Below, one piece after another: positions 1 through 9,682 of a stretch of DNA of 64,000 nucleotides. The stretch lies in assembly GCA_965203515.1 (NCBI GenBank), contig OZ241907.1, positions 1,376,001 to 1,440,000 on the forward strand, read 5' to 3'. Source of the stretch: Spirochaetia bacterium (lineage in GTDB: Bacteria > Spirochaetota > Spirochaetia > SZUA-6 > Bin103). Each line of letters opens with the position of its first letter. The stretch's first letter is position 1. The translations under genes and the position numbers were made by a program. Under the pieces are notes generated by a model, which worked only from the letters and a program-made list of their open reading frames with translations, was not told the origin of the DNA and searched no databases.

Positions 1-855
1 GTACATCGCTACCTTGCCGTCCAGGAACGCCTGTGGCGGCGCCCCGCCCTGCCAGTCGGCCGACTCCCTGGTCGATACGCCGTGGGTGTAGATCAGATCG
101 TGGTACCACTGCAGCACGTCGATCATGGCTTGGCGGTTGTCCGGTCGGTCGAGCACGAAATCTCCGGCTCCATCGAACATCGTGCCGCCCTGGCCCCAGA
201 ACATCCCGAGCATGCCGGTGCTGGCGCCGGCCCACCGTGCGGCGGGGAACATGAAGCCGGTCACCCCGTCCGTGCTGAGCTTCGCGGCGATCTCCGTGAA
301 CTCGTCCCACGTGAGGGCGCGATCGACCGGCAACGGATCGATGCCTGCCGCCGCGAAGAGGTCCGTGCGGTAGTAGATCAGATACGTGTCGGTCCAGAAC
401 CACAGGGCGTATATCTTGCCGTCCGGCCCGACGGCATGGCTGATAGTTCCAGGGAAGAAGTCCGCTCGATCCAACTCGGGCCAGAAATCGTCCAACGGCT
501 GCAGCGCCCCTAGGCGGATCATCTCCGGAAACCACGAGTTGTCGACGCTGACGATCTCCGGCAGCGCATCTGCCTGCGCCGTCGCGACCAGCTTGTCCCG
601 GTACTCGCCGTAGCCGAGCTGGTACTCCTCGACGATGTCGACGTTGAACATCTCCTCGGCCTGAGCGTAGAGCTCCGTGAACATGGCGGAGATCTCTTCG
701 ATCGGCGACTCGGTACCGTTGTAGTTCTGCACCCACATGGTGATCGTGACCGGCTCGTCCGCCGCCACATCGCTTTCTCCGGTGGCCGCGGCAAACGGCA
801 CGACCGACACGACCAGTGCGGCCGAAAGCACGTACATGAACGCGTTTCCCTTCAT
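1..855 (-). CDS. Sugar ABC transporter extracellular solute-binding protein (3' end runs off window)
   Basis: Not in the ORF track. Manual translation from ATG 855 gives MKGNAFMYVLSAALVVSVVPFAAATGESDVAADEPVTITMW...LPEIVSVDNSW...GKIYALWFWTDTYLIYYRTDLF...TWDEF (signal peptide plus SBP_bac_1-like motifs). SD GGAGGAGG upstream. Confidence 0.85.
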   Translation of the reverse strand, partial: MKGNAFMYVLSAALVVSVVPFAAATGESDVAADEPVTITMWVQNYNGTESPIEEISAMFTELYAQAEEMFNVDIVEEYQLGYGEYRDKLVATAQADALPEIVSVDNSWFPEMIRLGALQPLDDFWPELDRADFFPGTISHAVGPDGKIYALWFWTDTYLIYYRTDLFAAAGIDPLPVDRALTWDEFTEIAAKLSTDGVTGFMFPAARWAGASTGMLGMFWGQGGTMFDGAGDFVLDRPDNRQAMIDVLQWYHDLIYTHGVSTRESADWQGGAPPQAFLDGKVAMY

Positions 856-880
856 CTCAATGACCTCCTCCCTGAGGTGT

Positions 881-897
881 GATCAATCCGATTGATC
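881..897. promoter_or_regulatory. Palindromic putative operator
   Basis: GATCAATC-C-GATTGATC perfect 8-bp inverted repeat ~25 bp upstream of the SBP start. Confidence 0.5.
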
Positions 898-949
898 GCC
901 TGACGTCGCCTCCCATCCTTGCGCCTCTAGACGTTCGATTGGTCCCCGG

Positions 950-1411
950 TCAGTCGGCCGAGGACCGGTCGCCGGGCCATGCGGGCCAGCTCCCGAACGC
1001 CTTGGCGCTTCTGCCCGAGTAGGCCACGGTGAACAGGCCGCGGGCTTCGTCGCCGATGCCGACCAGCAGGCCGTTCGCCCGCCCGCCGGCGCTGATGGCG
1101 ATGATGCCGCCGGCGTCGTCCCCGCTGATCGCTATGATCCCTCGCGCCGACCCGGCGCCGATCGCGATGATGCCGATCGCGTTGAAGAGGCCGACGGCGA
1201 CGACGCCGACCGCAACGAGCGGACTCAGCGCGAAGACCCCGAACGCCACCACGTAGGCGATCGCAGGTCCCTCCGTGACGACCCAGTCCATGTCGACGGC
1301 GCCCAGCACGCCGAGCAGCGTGACGATCACGGTAGCGAGCAGCGCGGCCAGCGTCGCCAAGCCGGCCAGTCCCTGGAAGCCCTTGCCGGCCGCCGGTGTC
1401 GTTCCTGGCAT
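950..1411 (-). CDS. Gly/Ala-rich small membrane protein, unknown function
   Basis: 153 aa with hydrophobic segments and repeated GIIAI(S/G)G motifs; co-oriented with neighbours. Confidence 0.6.
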   Translation of the reverse strand: MPGTTPAAGKGFQGLAGLATLAALLATVIVTLLGVLGAVDMDWVVTEGPAIAYVVAFGVFALSPLVAVGVVAVGLFNAIGIIAIGAGSARGIIAISGDDAGGIIAISAGGRANGLLVGIGDEARGLFTVAYSGRSAKAFGSWPAWPGDRSSAD

Positions 1412-1483
1412 GATTTGCGTTCCCCCTGGGCGCCAGTCTGCGCCGCCGCCGGCGGTCGGGTCAACCGCGCGACCGCAGCTCGA

Positions 1484-2554
1484 TCACGGCGCCGTGCCTC
1501 GACTCCAGGCGGAGCGCAGCAGCCGCACCCAGTTGCCGTGCATCACGTCGGCGACGTCCGCGTCGCCGTAGCCGCGCCCCTTGAGGATTCCGGCCACCTT
1601 GCGCACGTCGGCGATGGTGTACAGGTCGGCCGGAGACTGCTCTCTCCCGTAGCCGCCGTCCAGGTCGGTGCCGATCGCGGCGTGCCGGCAACTGCCGGTG
1701 ACCTGACAGACGTGGTCGATGTGGTCGGCCACCGTCGCCAGCGTGATCCCGGTGTTGTCCATCGCCTCCGGGTCCCACCGCGGCGACAACATCCAGTCGT
1801 CGAACGCCGTGCCGATCACGCCGCCGCGCGCGGCCAGCGCCCTGATCTGATCGTCGTCGAGCTGCCGGTCGTGGTCGCAGAGCGCCCGGCAGCAGTTGTG
1901 CGTAGCCAGCACCGGTCCGCCGAACCGCTCCAGCGCCTCCCGGAACGCCCGCTCGGCCAGATGGCTCACGTCCAGCAGCATGCCCGCGCGCTCCAGCTCG
2001 TCCAGCATCGGGCCGCCGCGCCCGGTCAATCCGCCCGGCGCCTGCGTCCCATGCGCGTAGGAACTGATCCCGTAGTGGACCAGGCTGACGATGCGCAGCC
2101 CGTGATCCCACCATTCGCCGACCTGCTCGGGACCGACGATCGGGTCGGCTCCTTCCATGGTCAGCACGAAGCCGATCGGCGTCGTCCCCGGCTCCCGCTC
2201 CCAGGCCGCAAGATGGGCATCGAGCCCGGCCCGATCGCGTATTTGCCGGAGGAAGCCGCGCGCCTCCATCCGCCGGTAATAGGCAAGCTCGCCCATCGCC
2301 TTGGCATAGGCGATGTCCTGCGTGCGTACGCCGGCGAAGCGCCGCCCGACCGAGGCCAGCCGGCAGTGCACGGTGACGAAGATCAGCCCGATCCCGCCGC
2401 GGCGCAGCTCCGCGAAGTTGACCACCCCGGCTCCCCGGCCCTTGCGGGCCATGCCGGCCTCCGACTCGCGGATCGACGTGATGCTCCGCGTCAGGTCGCG
2501 GTTCCAGTCGAGCGCGTTGAAGGCGATGTCCAGGTGCGAGTCGACGATCAGCAT
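1484..2554 (-). CDS. Membrane dipeptidase (peptidase M19 family)
   Basis: IVDSHLD, TMEGAD, LDVSHL, ATHNCCRAL, IGTDLDG motifs. Confidence 0.9.
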   Translation of the reverse strand: MLIVDSHLDIAFNALDWNRDLTRSITSIRESEAGMARKGRGAGVVNFAELRRGGIGLIFVTVHCRLASVGRRFAGVRTQDIAYAKAMGELAYYRRMEARGFLRQIRDRAGLDAHLAAWEREPGTTPIGFVLTMEGADPIVGPEQVGEWWDHGLRIVSLVHYGISSYAHGTQAPGGLTGRGGPMLDELERAGMLLDVSHLAERAFREALERFGGPVLATHNCCRALCDHDRQLDDDQIRALAARGGVIGTAFDDWMLSPRWDPEAMDNTGITLATVADHIDHVCQVTGSCRHAAIGTDLDGGYGREQSPADLYTIADVRKVAGILKGRGYGDADVADVMHGNWVRLLRSAWSRGTAP

Positions 2555-2652
2555 GGCGGCCTCCGGTGCGGCTGCAGCCGCCTGCGCAGCGTCGCACGTT
2601 TTGGCTGCCTCCTGCCTGAGTCCCGCCGGCGCGCAGGTGCTACGATTCGGCC

Positions 2653-3873
2653 GTGGCCGACATCACCGTGCACCACGTCACCGTCCACTACGGCGATGTG
2701 GTCGCCACCCATGGGGTGACCCTGCAGGTCGAGGAAGGCGAGTTCCTGGTCGTGGTGGGCGCCTCCGGCTGCGGCAAGACGACCATGCTGCGCGCCATCG
2801 CCGGGCTGGAACAGCCGCTGGCGGGCGAGATCCGGATCGGCGGCGAGCTGGTCTTCAGCGAGCCGCGCCAGATCGACGTAGCCCCGGCCCGGCGGCGCGT
2901 CGGCATGGTGTTCCAGTCATATGCGCTCTACCCGCACATGACGGTGGCGCAGAACGTCGCGTTTCCGCTGCGCACCCGGCGCGTGGGCCGGGGCAGGATC
3001 GGCACGGCGGTCCGGCAGGCGCTCGACGTCGTGGAGCTGACCGGGCTGGAGCAGCGCTACCCGCGCGAGCTGTCCGGCGGCCAGCAGCAGCGCGTGGCGA
3101 TCGCCCGCGCGCTGGTCCGGCAGCCGCACGTGCTGCTGCTCGACGAGCCGCTGTCCAACGTCGATCCCAAGCTGCGCGCGCAACTCCGCACGGAACTCAA
3201 GCATCTCCATCGCCGCATCGGCTCCACCACGCTCTACGTCACCCACGACGTGGCGGAGGCGATGGCGCTCGGCGACCGGGTCGCCGCCATGTTCGACGGC
3301 GCGATCCATCAGGTCGGGAAGCCCGACGAGCTGTACCGGGCGCCGGCGACCGTGCCGGCGGCGGCGCTGTTCGGCGCCCACGGCGGCGCGCTGCTGCGCG
3401 GCCGGATCGTCTCCCTGCCGGACGGCGTCCTGGCCCTGCATCCCGACGGCAGCGCCTCGCAGGCGGTCCCCCTGCGCCCCGACGCAGCGCTGTTTCCCGG
3501 CCAGCGGGTCGTGCTGGACGTCCGCGCCGAGCACGTCGCGGTGCTCGACGGACCGGCCCGGGACCCGGGCGTCGGCACGCAGGCTGGCGTCGCGCAGGTC
3601 GGCGCCGGCACGCAGGTCGAGGTCGCCGCGGCGCAGCCGGAAGGGGCGGTCAGCATCGTGCATCTGCGCCTCCGGGACGGCCGGCAGGAACTGGTGGCGC
3701 GCTGCGCCGGGCCGCAGCCGCCGCGTCCGGGGCAGTGCCTCACGGTCCGCGTGCTGGCCGGCAACGTCTACGACGCCGGCACGCAGCGGCTCATCGCCCG
3801 CTGCCGGTCGGCGGAGACTCCGCCCGTTCCCGGCGGCGCGCCAGTATCTTCGGCCGGAGGCGCTCGAAGCTGA
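2653..3873 (+). CDS. ABC transporter ATP-binding protein (MalK/PotA-like)
   Basis: GASGCGKT, FQSYALYPHM, LSGGQQQR, LLLDEPLSN, YVTHD. Confidence 0.95.
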   Translation: MADITVHHVTVHYGDVVATHGVTLQVEEGEFLVVVGASGCGKTTMLRAIAGLEQPLAGEIRIGGELVFSEPRQIDVAPARRRVGMVFQSYALYPHMTVAQNVAFPLRTRRVGRGRIGTAVRQALDVVELTGLEQRYPRELSGGQQQRVAIARALVRQPHVLLLDEPLSNVDPKLRAQLRTELKHLHRRIGSTTLYVTHDVAEAMALGDRVAAMFDGAIHQVGKPDELYRAPATVPAAALFGAHGGALLRGRIVSLPDGVLALHPDGSASQAVPLRPDAALFPGQRVVLDVRAEHVAVLDGPARDPGVGTQAGVAQVGAGTQVEVAAAQPEGAVSIVHLRLRDGRQELVARCAGPQPPRPGQCLTVRVLAGNVYDAGTQRLIARCRSAETPPVPGGAPVSSAGGARS

Positions 3874-5425
3874 TCTGGTAGCGGTCGGCGATGTCGCGCG
3901 CGTAGCTGGAGCCGACCGGCGGGCCGGGGGCGATGCGGTAGGTGCGGCGCATCCGCGCCGGCGAGCCGTCCGCGCCGGCGCCGTCCGGCGCGATGCCGGC
4001 GACCAGGCTCGCCACCAGACTGCCGCCGTCGACCTCCGCGTTGATCCGCTCCAGCCGCTCGCCCAGCTCGTGCAGGTGCGTGGCGAAGATCGCCCGCGCG
4101 CCCAGCAGCCGCAGCGCGCGCACCACGTCCTCCGCCAGATACAGACTCTCGCTCGGGCTGGTGCTGGACAGCGACTCGTTCAGCAGCACCAGGCTCCGCT
4201 CGGAGGCATCGCCGAAGACCGCGCCCAGGCGGCGCGCCTCCTCCGCCAGCCGGCCCCCCTCGACGGCGCCGCCCTCTTCGGACGGAAAGTGGGTGATCAC
4301 CCGATCGGCCGGACTGATCGCCGCCGTGCGCGCGGCCACCGGCAATCCGGCCTGCGCCAGCACGTGCATCACCCCCACGGCGCGCACGAACGTGGTCTTG
4401 CCGCCCTGATTCGGCCCGGTGAGGATGGCGATGCGGCCGTCGTCACCGGCGTCCAGGTCGTTGCGCACCACGGTGCGCGCCGGCTCCTCCGCCGCCCCGC
4501 TCAGTGCCAGGGAGACGTCGTACAGCTCGGACGCCTGCGAGCGCCGTTCGCCGGCCGGCGCCAGATCGGGAATGCAGGTCGGCATGCCGCGCTCGCGCAG
4601 CGCCAGCGCCAGGCGCGCGCCGCCCAGGTAGAACCGTATCTCCTGCTCCAGGGGCAGCACGTCCCGCACCTGCAGCTGCACGAACTGTCCCAGCGCCTTG
4701 GCCAGCGGACGCGCCACCGCCCCCAGCACGCGGTCCAGCTCGCCGAGCAGCGGCGTCATGGCCGACGTGCGGTGCACCCTGGTCAGCGGGCGGAACGGAT
4801 TGGAGACGCCGAACAGCCGCGTGAGCAGCGGCGTGTCCTCGAACTTGCGGTCGTGGACGCGCAACAGCGCGGCCTCCGCGGGGCGGAGCTGCGAATCGAG
4901 ATTGACGCCGATCGTGACGCTGGCGCGCCGCTTCAGACCGCCGCGCAGCGCCGGCAACTCCGCTTCCAGGCGGCGGTACATCTCGTCCTGCCGCCGTTCG
5001 CGGACGAACTGGCCGAGCGCCCGCATGCCGGCCGATCGCACCCCCGGCAGGGCCGCCGCCTCTTCCAGGGCGGTCAGGCACGCCACGTAGGTCTCCAGCT
5101 CGCCCAGGCGCCACACCGCCTGCTGCAACGGGGAGCTCTGCTCCGTGCGGGTCTTCGTGAAGTACGCCAGCTCGTGCAGCATCGGCTGCAGTTGCGCGAA
5201 GAGCGTGCGCAACTCGCTCGACGCGACCGCGTCGGCCAGCACCTCCTGGCGGTAGCGGATCGTCGCCGGGTCCGTGCAGAGCTCGTAGAGGAACTCCGCG
5301 GGCAGCTCGAAGCGGGTGCGCAGCGCGCTCAGGCCGAGATCACCGGCCGCCCGATCGACCAGGGGACGATCCTCCCCGCCGGCCGACGCGGGCCGGCCCG
5401 CCGGATAGCAGAGGCTTACCATCAT
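3791..5425 (-). CDS. MutS-related ATPase (domain V; lacks mismatch-recognition domain)
   Basis: ILTGPNQGGKTTF, LAQAGLPV, LVLLNESLSST, IFATHLHEL, SSYA motifs. Confidence 0.85.
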   Translation of the reverse strand: MMVSLCYPAGRPASAGGEDRPLVDRAAGDLGLSALRTRFELPAEFLYELCTDPATIRYRQEVLADAVASSELRTLFAQLQPMLHELAYFTKTRTEQSSPLQQAVWRLGELETYVACLTALEEAAALPGVRSAGMRALGQFVRERRQDEMYRRLEAELPALRGGLKRRASVTIGVNLDSQLRPAEAALLRVHDRKFEDTPLLTRLFGVSNPFRPLTRVHRTSAMTPLLGELDRVLGAVARPLAKALGQFVQLQVRDVLPLEQEIRFYLGGARLALALRERGMPTCIPDLAPAGERRSQASELYDVSLALSGAAEEPARTVVRNDLDAGDDGRIAILTGPNQGGKTTFVRAVGVMHVLAQAGLPVAARTAAISPADRVITHFPSEEGGAVEGGRLAEEARRLGAVFGDASERSLVLLNESLSSTSPSESLYLAEDVVRALRLLGARAIFATHLHELGERLERINAEVDGGSLVASLVAGIAPDGAGADGSPARMRRTYRIAPGPPVGSSYARDIADRYQISFERLRPKILARRRERAESPPTGSGR

Positions 5426-5515
5426 CGCGGCTTGAGGGTCAGCCGTCGCATCACGGCCAGCCTGTCACGTTTCGTCGTCGTGCATCAACCTGCCGCCGTC
5501 TGCTACGGTATCGCC

Positions 5516-6472
5516 ATGATGCGGGTGGCGGTCTGGGGCAACGACCTCTCCGACGGGTATCTGCGCACGGTGACGCAGCTCGGCGCGGAGGCGATCGACA
5601 TGGGCCGGGGCGCGTTCTTTCCCGGCGTGCGCGAGCAGGGCTATCCGGACGCCGGCGCCCTGGCCGCACTGGTCCGCAAGCTGCGCCCGTACGGCCTCCG
5701 CTTCAATCGGGTGACGCTGCCGGACCTCACCGACGAGTTCATGCTGAGCGGCGACGGCGCGGCCCGCGAACTGGAGAACACCTGCCGGGCGCTGCGCGTG
5801 TTCGCCGACGCCGGCATCCCGATCGCCCGCCAGCGCTTCGCCGGCGACACCTTCAACCACCGGCTGCTGCGCTACGAGTCGCTGCATCGCGGCGGCTACC
5901 GCTCGCGCGGCGAAAGCCGCGACCTGGGGCCGCCCGACCCCGATCCGGCCACCCACGAACGGCTGGAAGCGTGGTGGGACCGCTTCTGCGCGGTCTACGA
6001 GAAGCTGGTGCCGATCGCCGACGAGTACGGCATCCGCCTGGCGATCCACCCCTCCGACACGCCGCTGCCCGACACGCCGCTCGGCACCCTGGGCTTCCAC
6101 CGCGTGACCGACGCCTTCCCGAGCCCCAACGTCGGCTACCTCTACTGTTGCGGCACCCGCGCCGAGGCGGGCGGCCCGCCGCTGGTGATGGACGAGATCA
6201 ACCTGTACGGCCGCAAGGGGCGCATCTTCACCGTGCACCTGCGCAACGTGCGCGGCAGTCTGGCCACCGCCGGCGGATTCGAGGAGGTGCTGCTCGACGA
6301 CGGCGACATGAACGTGTTCCGCATCGTGCGCGAGCTCGACCGCGTGGGCTTCGACGGCTGCCTGAACCCCGACCACCTGCAGCCGATCGAAGGGGACGGC
6401 GACCGCGCGTATCAGGCGCTCGCCTACTCGATCGGCTACCTCAAGGCGCTGCTGGCCGCGCTCGCCGCCTGA
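5516..6472 (+). CDS. Mannonate dehydratase (UxuA)-like TIM-barrel protein
   Basis: C-terminal part of ORF 4070..6472 from ATG 5516; IRLAIHPSDTP, VHLRNVRG, FEEVLLDDGDMN, PDH, AYSIGYLKALL. Confidence 0.8.
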   Translation: MMRVAVWGNDLSDGYLRTVTQLGAEAIDMGRGAFFPGVREQGYPDAGALAALVRKLRPYGLRFNRVTLPDLTDEFMLSGDGAARELENTCRALRVFADAGIPIARQRFAGDTFNHRLLRYESLHRGGYRSRGESRDLGPPDPDPATHERLEAWWDRFCAVYEKLVPIADEYGIRLAIHPSDTPLPDTPLGTLGFHRVTDAFPSPNVGYLYCCGTRAEAGGPPLVMDEINLYGRKGRIFTVHLRNVRGSLATAGGFEEVLLDDGDMNVFRIVRELDRVGFDGCLNPDHLQPIEGDGDRAYQALAYSIGYLKALLAALAA

Positions 6473-6490
6473 GGTCAAAACACCCGCGGT

Positions 6491-7624
6491 TCATCTCGCC
6501 GGCCGAGGATCCGGTTGGGAGAACCAGGCGAGCGGGTATATCTTCAGCCGCACCTCGCCGTTCATGCCGCCAACGCCCGATCTGATCGTCGAGTAGTAGC
6601 CGACCAGCGCCTCGTCCCCCACGAACGTGACCGACGGATAGGCGTTGTCGTAGCCGACGCGGTCCTCGATCGTGCGCCGGTTCCGCCACGTCTCGCCGTC
6701 GTCGTTCGAGATCGCGCTGCGCAACGGGTTGCGCGGCTGGTGCGTCAAGCCCGAACCCGGCATCGATGCCGCGTACGGCGGCGTGTCGTTCCAGATCAGC
6801 AGCAGGCCGCCGCCCGGCATGCGCTTCATGCAGGTCGCCGCCGACGGCGAATCGAGCCCGGTCGCCGCCGGTTCGCTCCAGGTCTCGCCGGCGTCGCTCG
6901 ACCACGCCCGGTACAGCTTGCCGAGCGAGGTGCGCAGCAGCGCCAGTAGCGAGCCGTCGCGCCGCTCGATCACCGCCGGCTCCTCGGCGCCCCGCTCAGG
7001 GAGGTCGATCTTCACCCGGCTCTCCCGCCACGTCTCCCCCTCGTCGTCCGAATAGAGACAGAACGCCCGGTAGTGGTCGCCGGGGCCGTAGATCGGCCCC
7101 GCATGGCACGGCAGGACGATCCGCCCCGAGCTGTGCCGCAGGATGTGGTCGGCGTTCGTGAAGTACCACCCCGGTCCCGGCGTGATGTCGCGCGACGGGC
7201 CGAAGGTCTCGCACTCGTCGTCCGACGCGCGCAGCCGCACGCGCAACCGCTGCGCGGCCGCGTCGCGCTCGGTATAGCAGAACAGGATACGCCCGCTCGG
7301 CAGCCGCAGCAGATTCGGATGCTTGACGTTGTCCGCGCCGTGGTTCTCCTGCAGGGTGAGCACGCCGCTCCACGTCCGCCCCCGGTCGGACGACACGCGC
7401 GCCGCGATCCGGCACGGCGCGTCGTCCCGCATGGCCGCTCCCGCCTCGAACGGCGTCCGGCCGATCGCGCTCGGACGCCGCACGTAATACGCGCACCAGA
7501 CGAACAGCAGTCGGCCGCCGCTGAGCGGAAACACGAGCTGATGGTCGTTGCGCGGGTGCGCGTGGCTCCACGGCGCCGCCGTGACGGCGTGCGCCTCGTT
7601 GCCGAACGCGGACCGGTCGATCAC
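6491..7624 (-). CDS. Sialidase/BNR-repeat family protein
   Basis: Multiple Asp-boxes (SSDRGRTW, SDDEGETW, SSDAGETW, SNDDGETW), EEP, RNPL, AYPS. Confidence 0.9.
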   Translation of the reverse strand: MIDRSAFGNEAHAVTAAPWSHAHPRNDHQLVFPLSGGRLLFVWCAYYVRRPSAIGRTPFEAGAAMRDDAPCRIAARVSSDRGRTWSGVLTLQENHGADNVKHPNLLRLPSGRILFCYTERDAAAQRLRVRLRASDDECETFGPSRDITPGPGWYFTNADHILRHSSGRIVLPCHAGPIYGPGDHYRAFCLYSDDEGETWRESRVKIDLPERGAEEPAVIERRDGSLLALLRTSLGKLYRAWSSDAGETWSEPAATGLDSPSAATCMKRMPGGGLLLIWNDTPPYAASMPGSGLTHQPRNPLRSAISNDDGETWRNRRTIEDRVGYDNAYPSVTFVGDEALVGYYSTIRSGVGGMNGEVRLKIYPLAWFSQPDPRPAR

Positions 7625-8622
7625 GCAGCGTGCTCAGACCGCGCGTGGGACAGCGCGCTCCGGCGTCGGTCCATTTTGTTCCGGGCCGACGTCACTCGGA
7701 GTTGCCGGCGCCGTTGTCGTCGAACTGCTGCTCGAGGCGCCGGAACGTGTCCTCGTCGATGCCGGTGGCCGCCTCGATGGTCGACCATGGTACATCTCGG
7801 CCCAGGAATTCCTGGATGGTCTGCAACCGACCCCTCATCTCGCCTTCCTGGCGGCCTTCCTGGCGGCCTTCCTGACGGCCTTGCTCGACCATCCGTTCCA
7901 CGTTGACCATACCTTCCCGGCGGCCTCGCTCGACCATCTGTTCCACGTAGTTCATCAGCTCTCCTCCACGGCCCGGCACGTTGCGGCGCAGCGCCGCCCC
8001 GAACGCCGGTCGCCGTTCCTCCGGCTGCGCCGCCAGCACGTACTCCACGTGCAGCGCCACCTCGTCGATCCCGGCAGCCCGGTACATCTCCCCCATCAAC
8101 CGCGTCGCCTGCTCCAGCAACTCCTCCCACGTCTCGCGGAACGTGGCCATCATTGCGAGCTGCGCCAACCGCGTTCCCACCGACCCCGCCACCGTCTCCG
8201 GGTTCTGCCGCGTCTGGTCGATCAGCAGGTGCTCGAACCGCGGCACCCAGCCCCAGTCCGGCTCCGAGCCCGCAACCAGCTCCGCGAACTGCCGATCATG
8301 CCGCCACGGCTCCGCTCCCTGATAGAATACCACCGGCACGATCAGCGGCAACTGCGGCTCGTTCTCGTGCTCCCGGTGCCATCTCATCCAGGCCAGCAGG
8401 CAGTAGTTCAGCAACCGCAGCCGCATCCACCGGTCCGGCGTGGACTGATGTTCGAGCAGCACGTAGACGAGCACCGGCGGACCGGAACCCTGCCGCTCGA
8501 CCGAGAACAGCAGGTCGGCCTCCCGGCCGCGCCAGTCGTCGCTGACGAAGCGGCCGGGTACGTGGGCGAGGGTGGACCACCGCAGCGTGCGGCGACCTCC
8601 TGGGGCAGGTGCGGGCGCAACA
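7624..8622 (-). repeat. Direct-repeat copy 1 of Rpn unit (5'-truncated Rpn plus ~65-bp 3' tail)
   Basis: Near-identical to 9683..10670, including the non-coding tail (ctcagaccgcgcg..ggga..gcgcgct..cggcgtcgg). Confidence 0.9.
7692..7955 (-). CDS. Putative intragenic small Rpn C-terminal protein (RpnS-like, 87 aa)
   Basis: In-frame ATG preceded by GGAGGAGAGCTG (SD) within the Rpn part. Confidence 0.6.
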   Translation of the reverse strand: MNYVEQMVERGRREGMVNVERMVEQGRQEGRQEGRQEGEMRGRLQTIQEFLGRDVPWSTIEAATGIDEDTFRRLEQQFDDNGAGNSE

Positions 8623-9659
8623 AGGGCTACCGACGGAACTGCCTCTGCCGTGAAGAGACGACGATGCGCAGCCGCCAGTCGGTCGAACATCGCGTTTGCC
8701 GTAGCCATCGTGGGCAGCGCCATGTAGATGCCGTCCGCGCGCCCCGACGCCATCAGGCGATAGGCAAGCATGAGCGCCGCCTCGGTCTTCCCGCTGCCGG
8801 TCTCATCCTCGATCATGAAGAGCGCCGGGCCGGCCGGCAGCTCGATTCGCCGAGCCCACGTCTGCATCGGACTGGGGGTATGCGCGCCGATCAACGCGTC
8901 GTAGTCCAGACCGCGGCTGACTTCCGCCGGCAGCACACCGGCCTCTTCGACCGCACGTGCCGCTCGTTCACGTGCCTGTTCGATCCAGTACGCCCCGATC
9001 TCCCGCTCAGAATCGCAGTAGGGAAACCACTCCTGGCTGGACCCGATCCAATCCGCCAGGACGGCAATGCCGGCTATGACGAATGACGCTCGTCGCGTCC
9101 GTCGCGAATCGATGCCCACCGCTGGCGGCGGACCGAATAGCTCTCGCGCCTGTTGGATGAACCGCTCGGCGGCGATGAGCCCCGCCCTGCCGTAGTCCGT
9201 CCGTAGCGCGGCGAGTCCTTCGGAAATCCGCGGCTCCGGCGGAGCGCCGTGATGGCCGGCGATCGCCGAAACGATCAATCGCCATGCGCGCGGCAAGTCG
9301 AACAGATCGGGATCTGCATCGAACAGTCGCAGAGCGCCGGCTCCATGATCGTAACGAACCGGAACCTCGGCAGGATCGTCACCGAAGCAGGCCGGATAGC
9401 GCTTCGGCGCCTTCGCCTGGAACTTCTTGGCGAACTTCCCTATGTCATGCAGACAAAGGAGGAAGCAGACCAGCCGGACGACTTCGTCACGCCGTAGTCC
9501 AAGCAGCCGCTGCAGATGGTCGCTCAGCCCGCGATGCCGGGTCAGCAGCGCCTCCCCGACCGCCACCACGTCGAGACTGTGAAACGCCAACGGATGCCAC
9601 TGCGGACCTCGGTCGGGGTCGCGGGGCCGCGCCTTCCCCCAGAAACCGAGAATGTCCAT
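7692..9659 (-). CDS. cas3: Chimeric ORF: Cas3 HD nuclease plus start of SF2 helicase, fused to Rpn (transposase_31) nuclease
   Basis: N-term FWGKA, HPLAFHSLDV, LHDIGK, AGHHG, LADWIGS, ETGSGKTEAAL, ALPTMATANAMFDRL (Cas3). From ~8600 downwards it is near-identical to the Rpn at 9751..10788. Confidence 0.85.
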   Translation of the reverse strand: MDILGFWGKARPRDPDRGPQWHPLAFHSLDVVAVGEALLTRHRGLSDHLQRLLGLRRDEVVRLVCFLLCLHDIGKFAKKFQAKAPKRYPACFGDDPAEVPVRYDHGAGALRLFDADPDLFDLPRAWRLIVSAIAGHHGAPPEPRISEGLAALRTDYGRAGLIAAERFIQQARELFGPPPAVGIDSRRTRRASFVIAGIAVLADWIGSSQEWFPYCDSEREIGAYWIEQARERAARAVEEAGVLPAEVSRGLDYDALIGAHTPSPMQTWARRIELPAGPALFMIEDETGSGKTEAALMLAYRLMASGRADGIYMALPTMATANAMFDRLAAAHRRLFTAEAVPSVALVAPAPAPGGRRTLRWSTLAHVPGRFVSDDWRGREADLLFSVERQGSGPPVLVYVLLEHQSTPDRWMRLRLLNYCLLAWMRWHREHENEPQLPLIVPVVFYQGAEPWRHDRQFAELVAGSEPDWGWVPRFEHLLIDQTRQNPETVAGSVGTRLAQLAMMATFRETWEELLEQATRLMGEMYRAAGIDEVALHVEYVLAAQPEERRPAFGAALRRNVPGRGGELMNYVEQMVERGRREGMVNVERMVEQGRQEGRQEGRQEGEMRGRLQTIQEFLGRDVPWSTIEAATGIDEDTFRRLEQQFDDNGAGNSE

Positions 9660-9682
9660 GCTGCAGCCCTGTATTGACGCCT

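Noticed and set aside
4070..5515. N-terminal 480 aa of the 800-aa ORF
   Set aside because: Antisense to the MutS-like gene; the real dehydratase starts at 5516.
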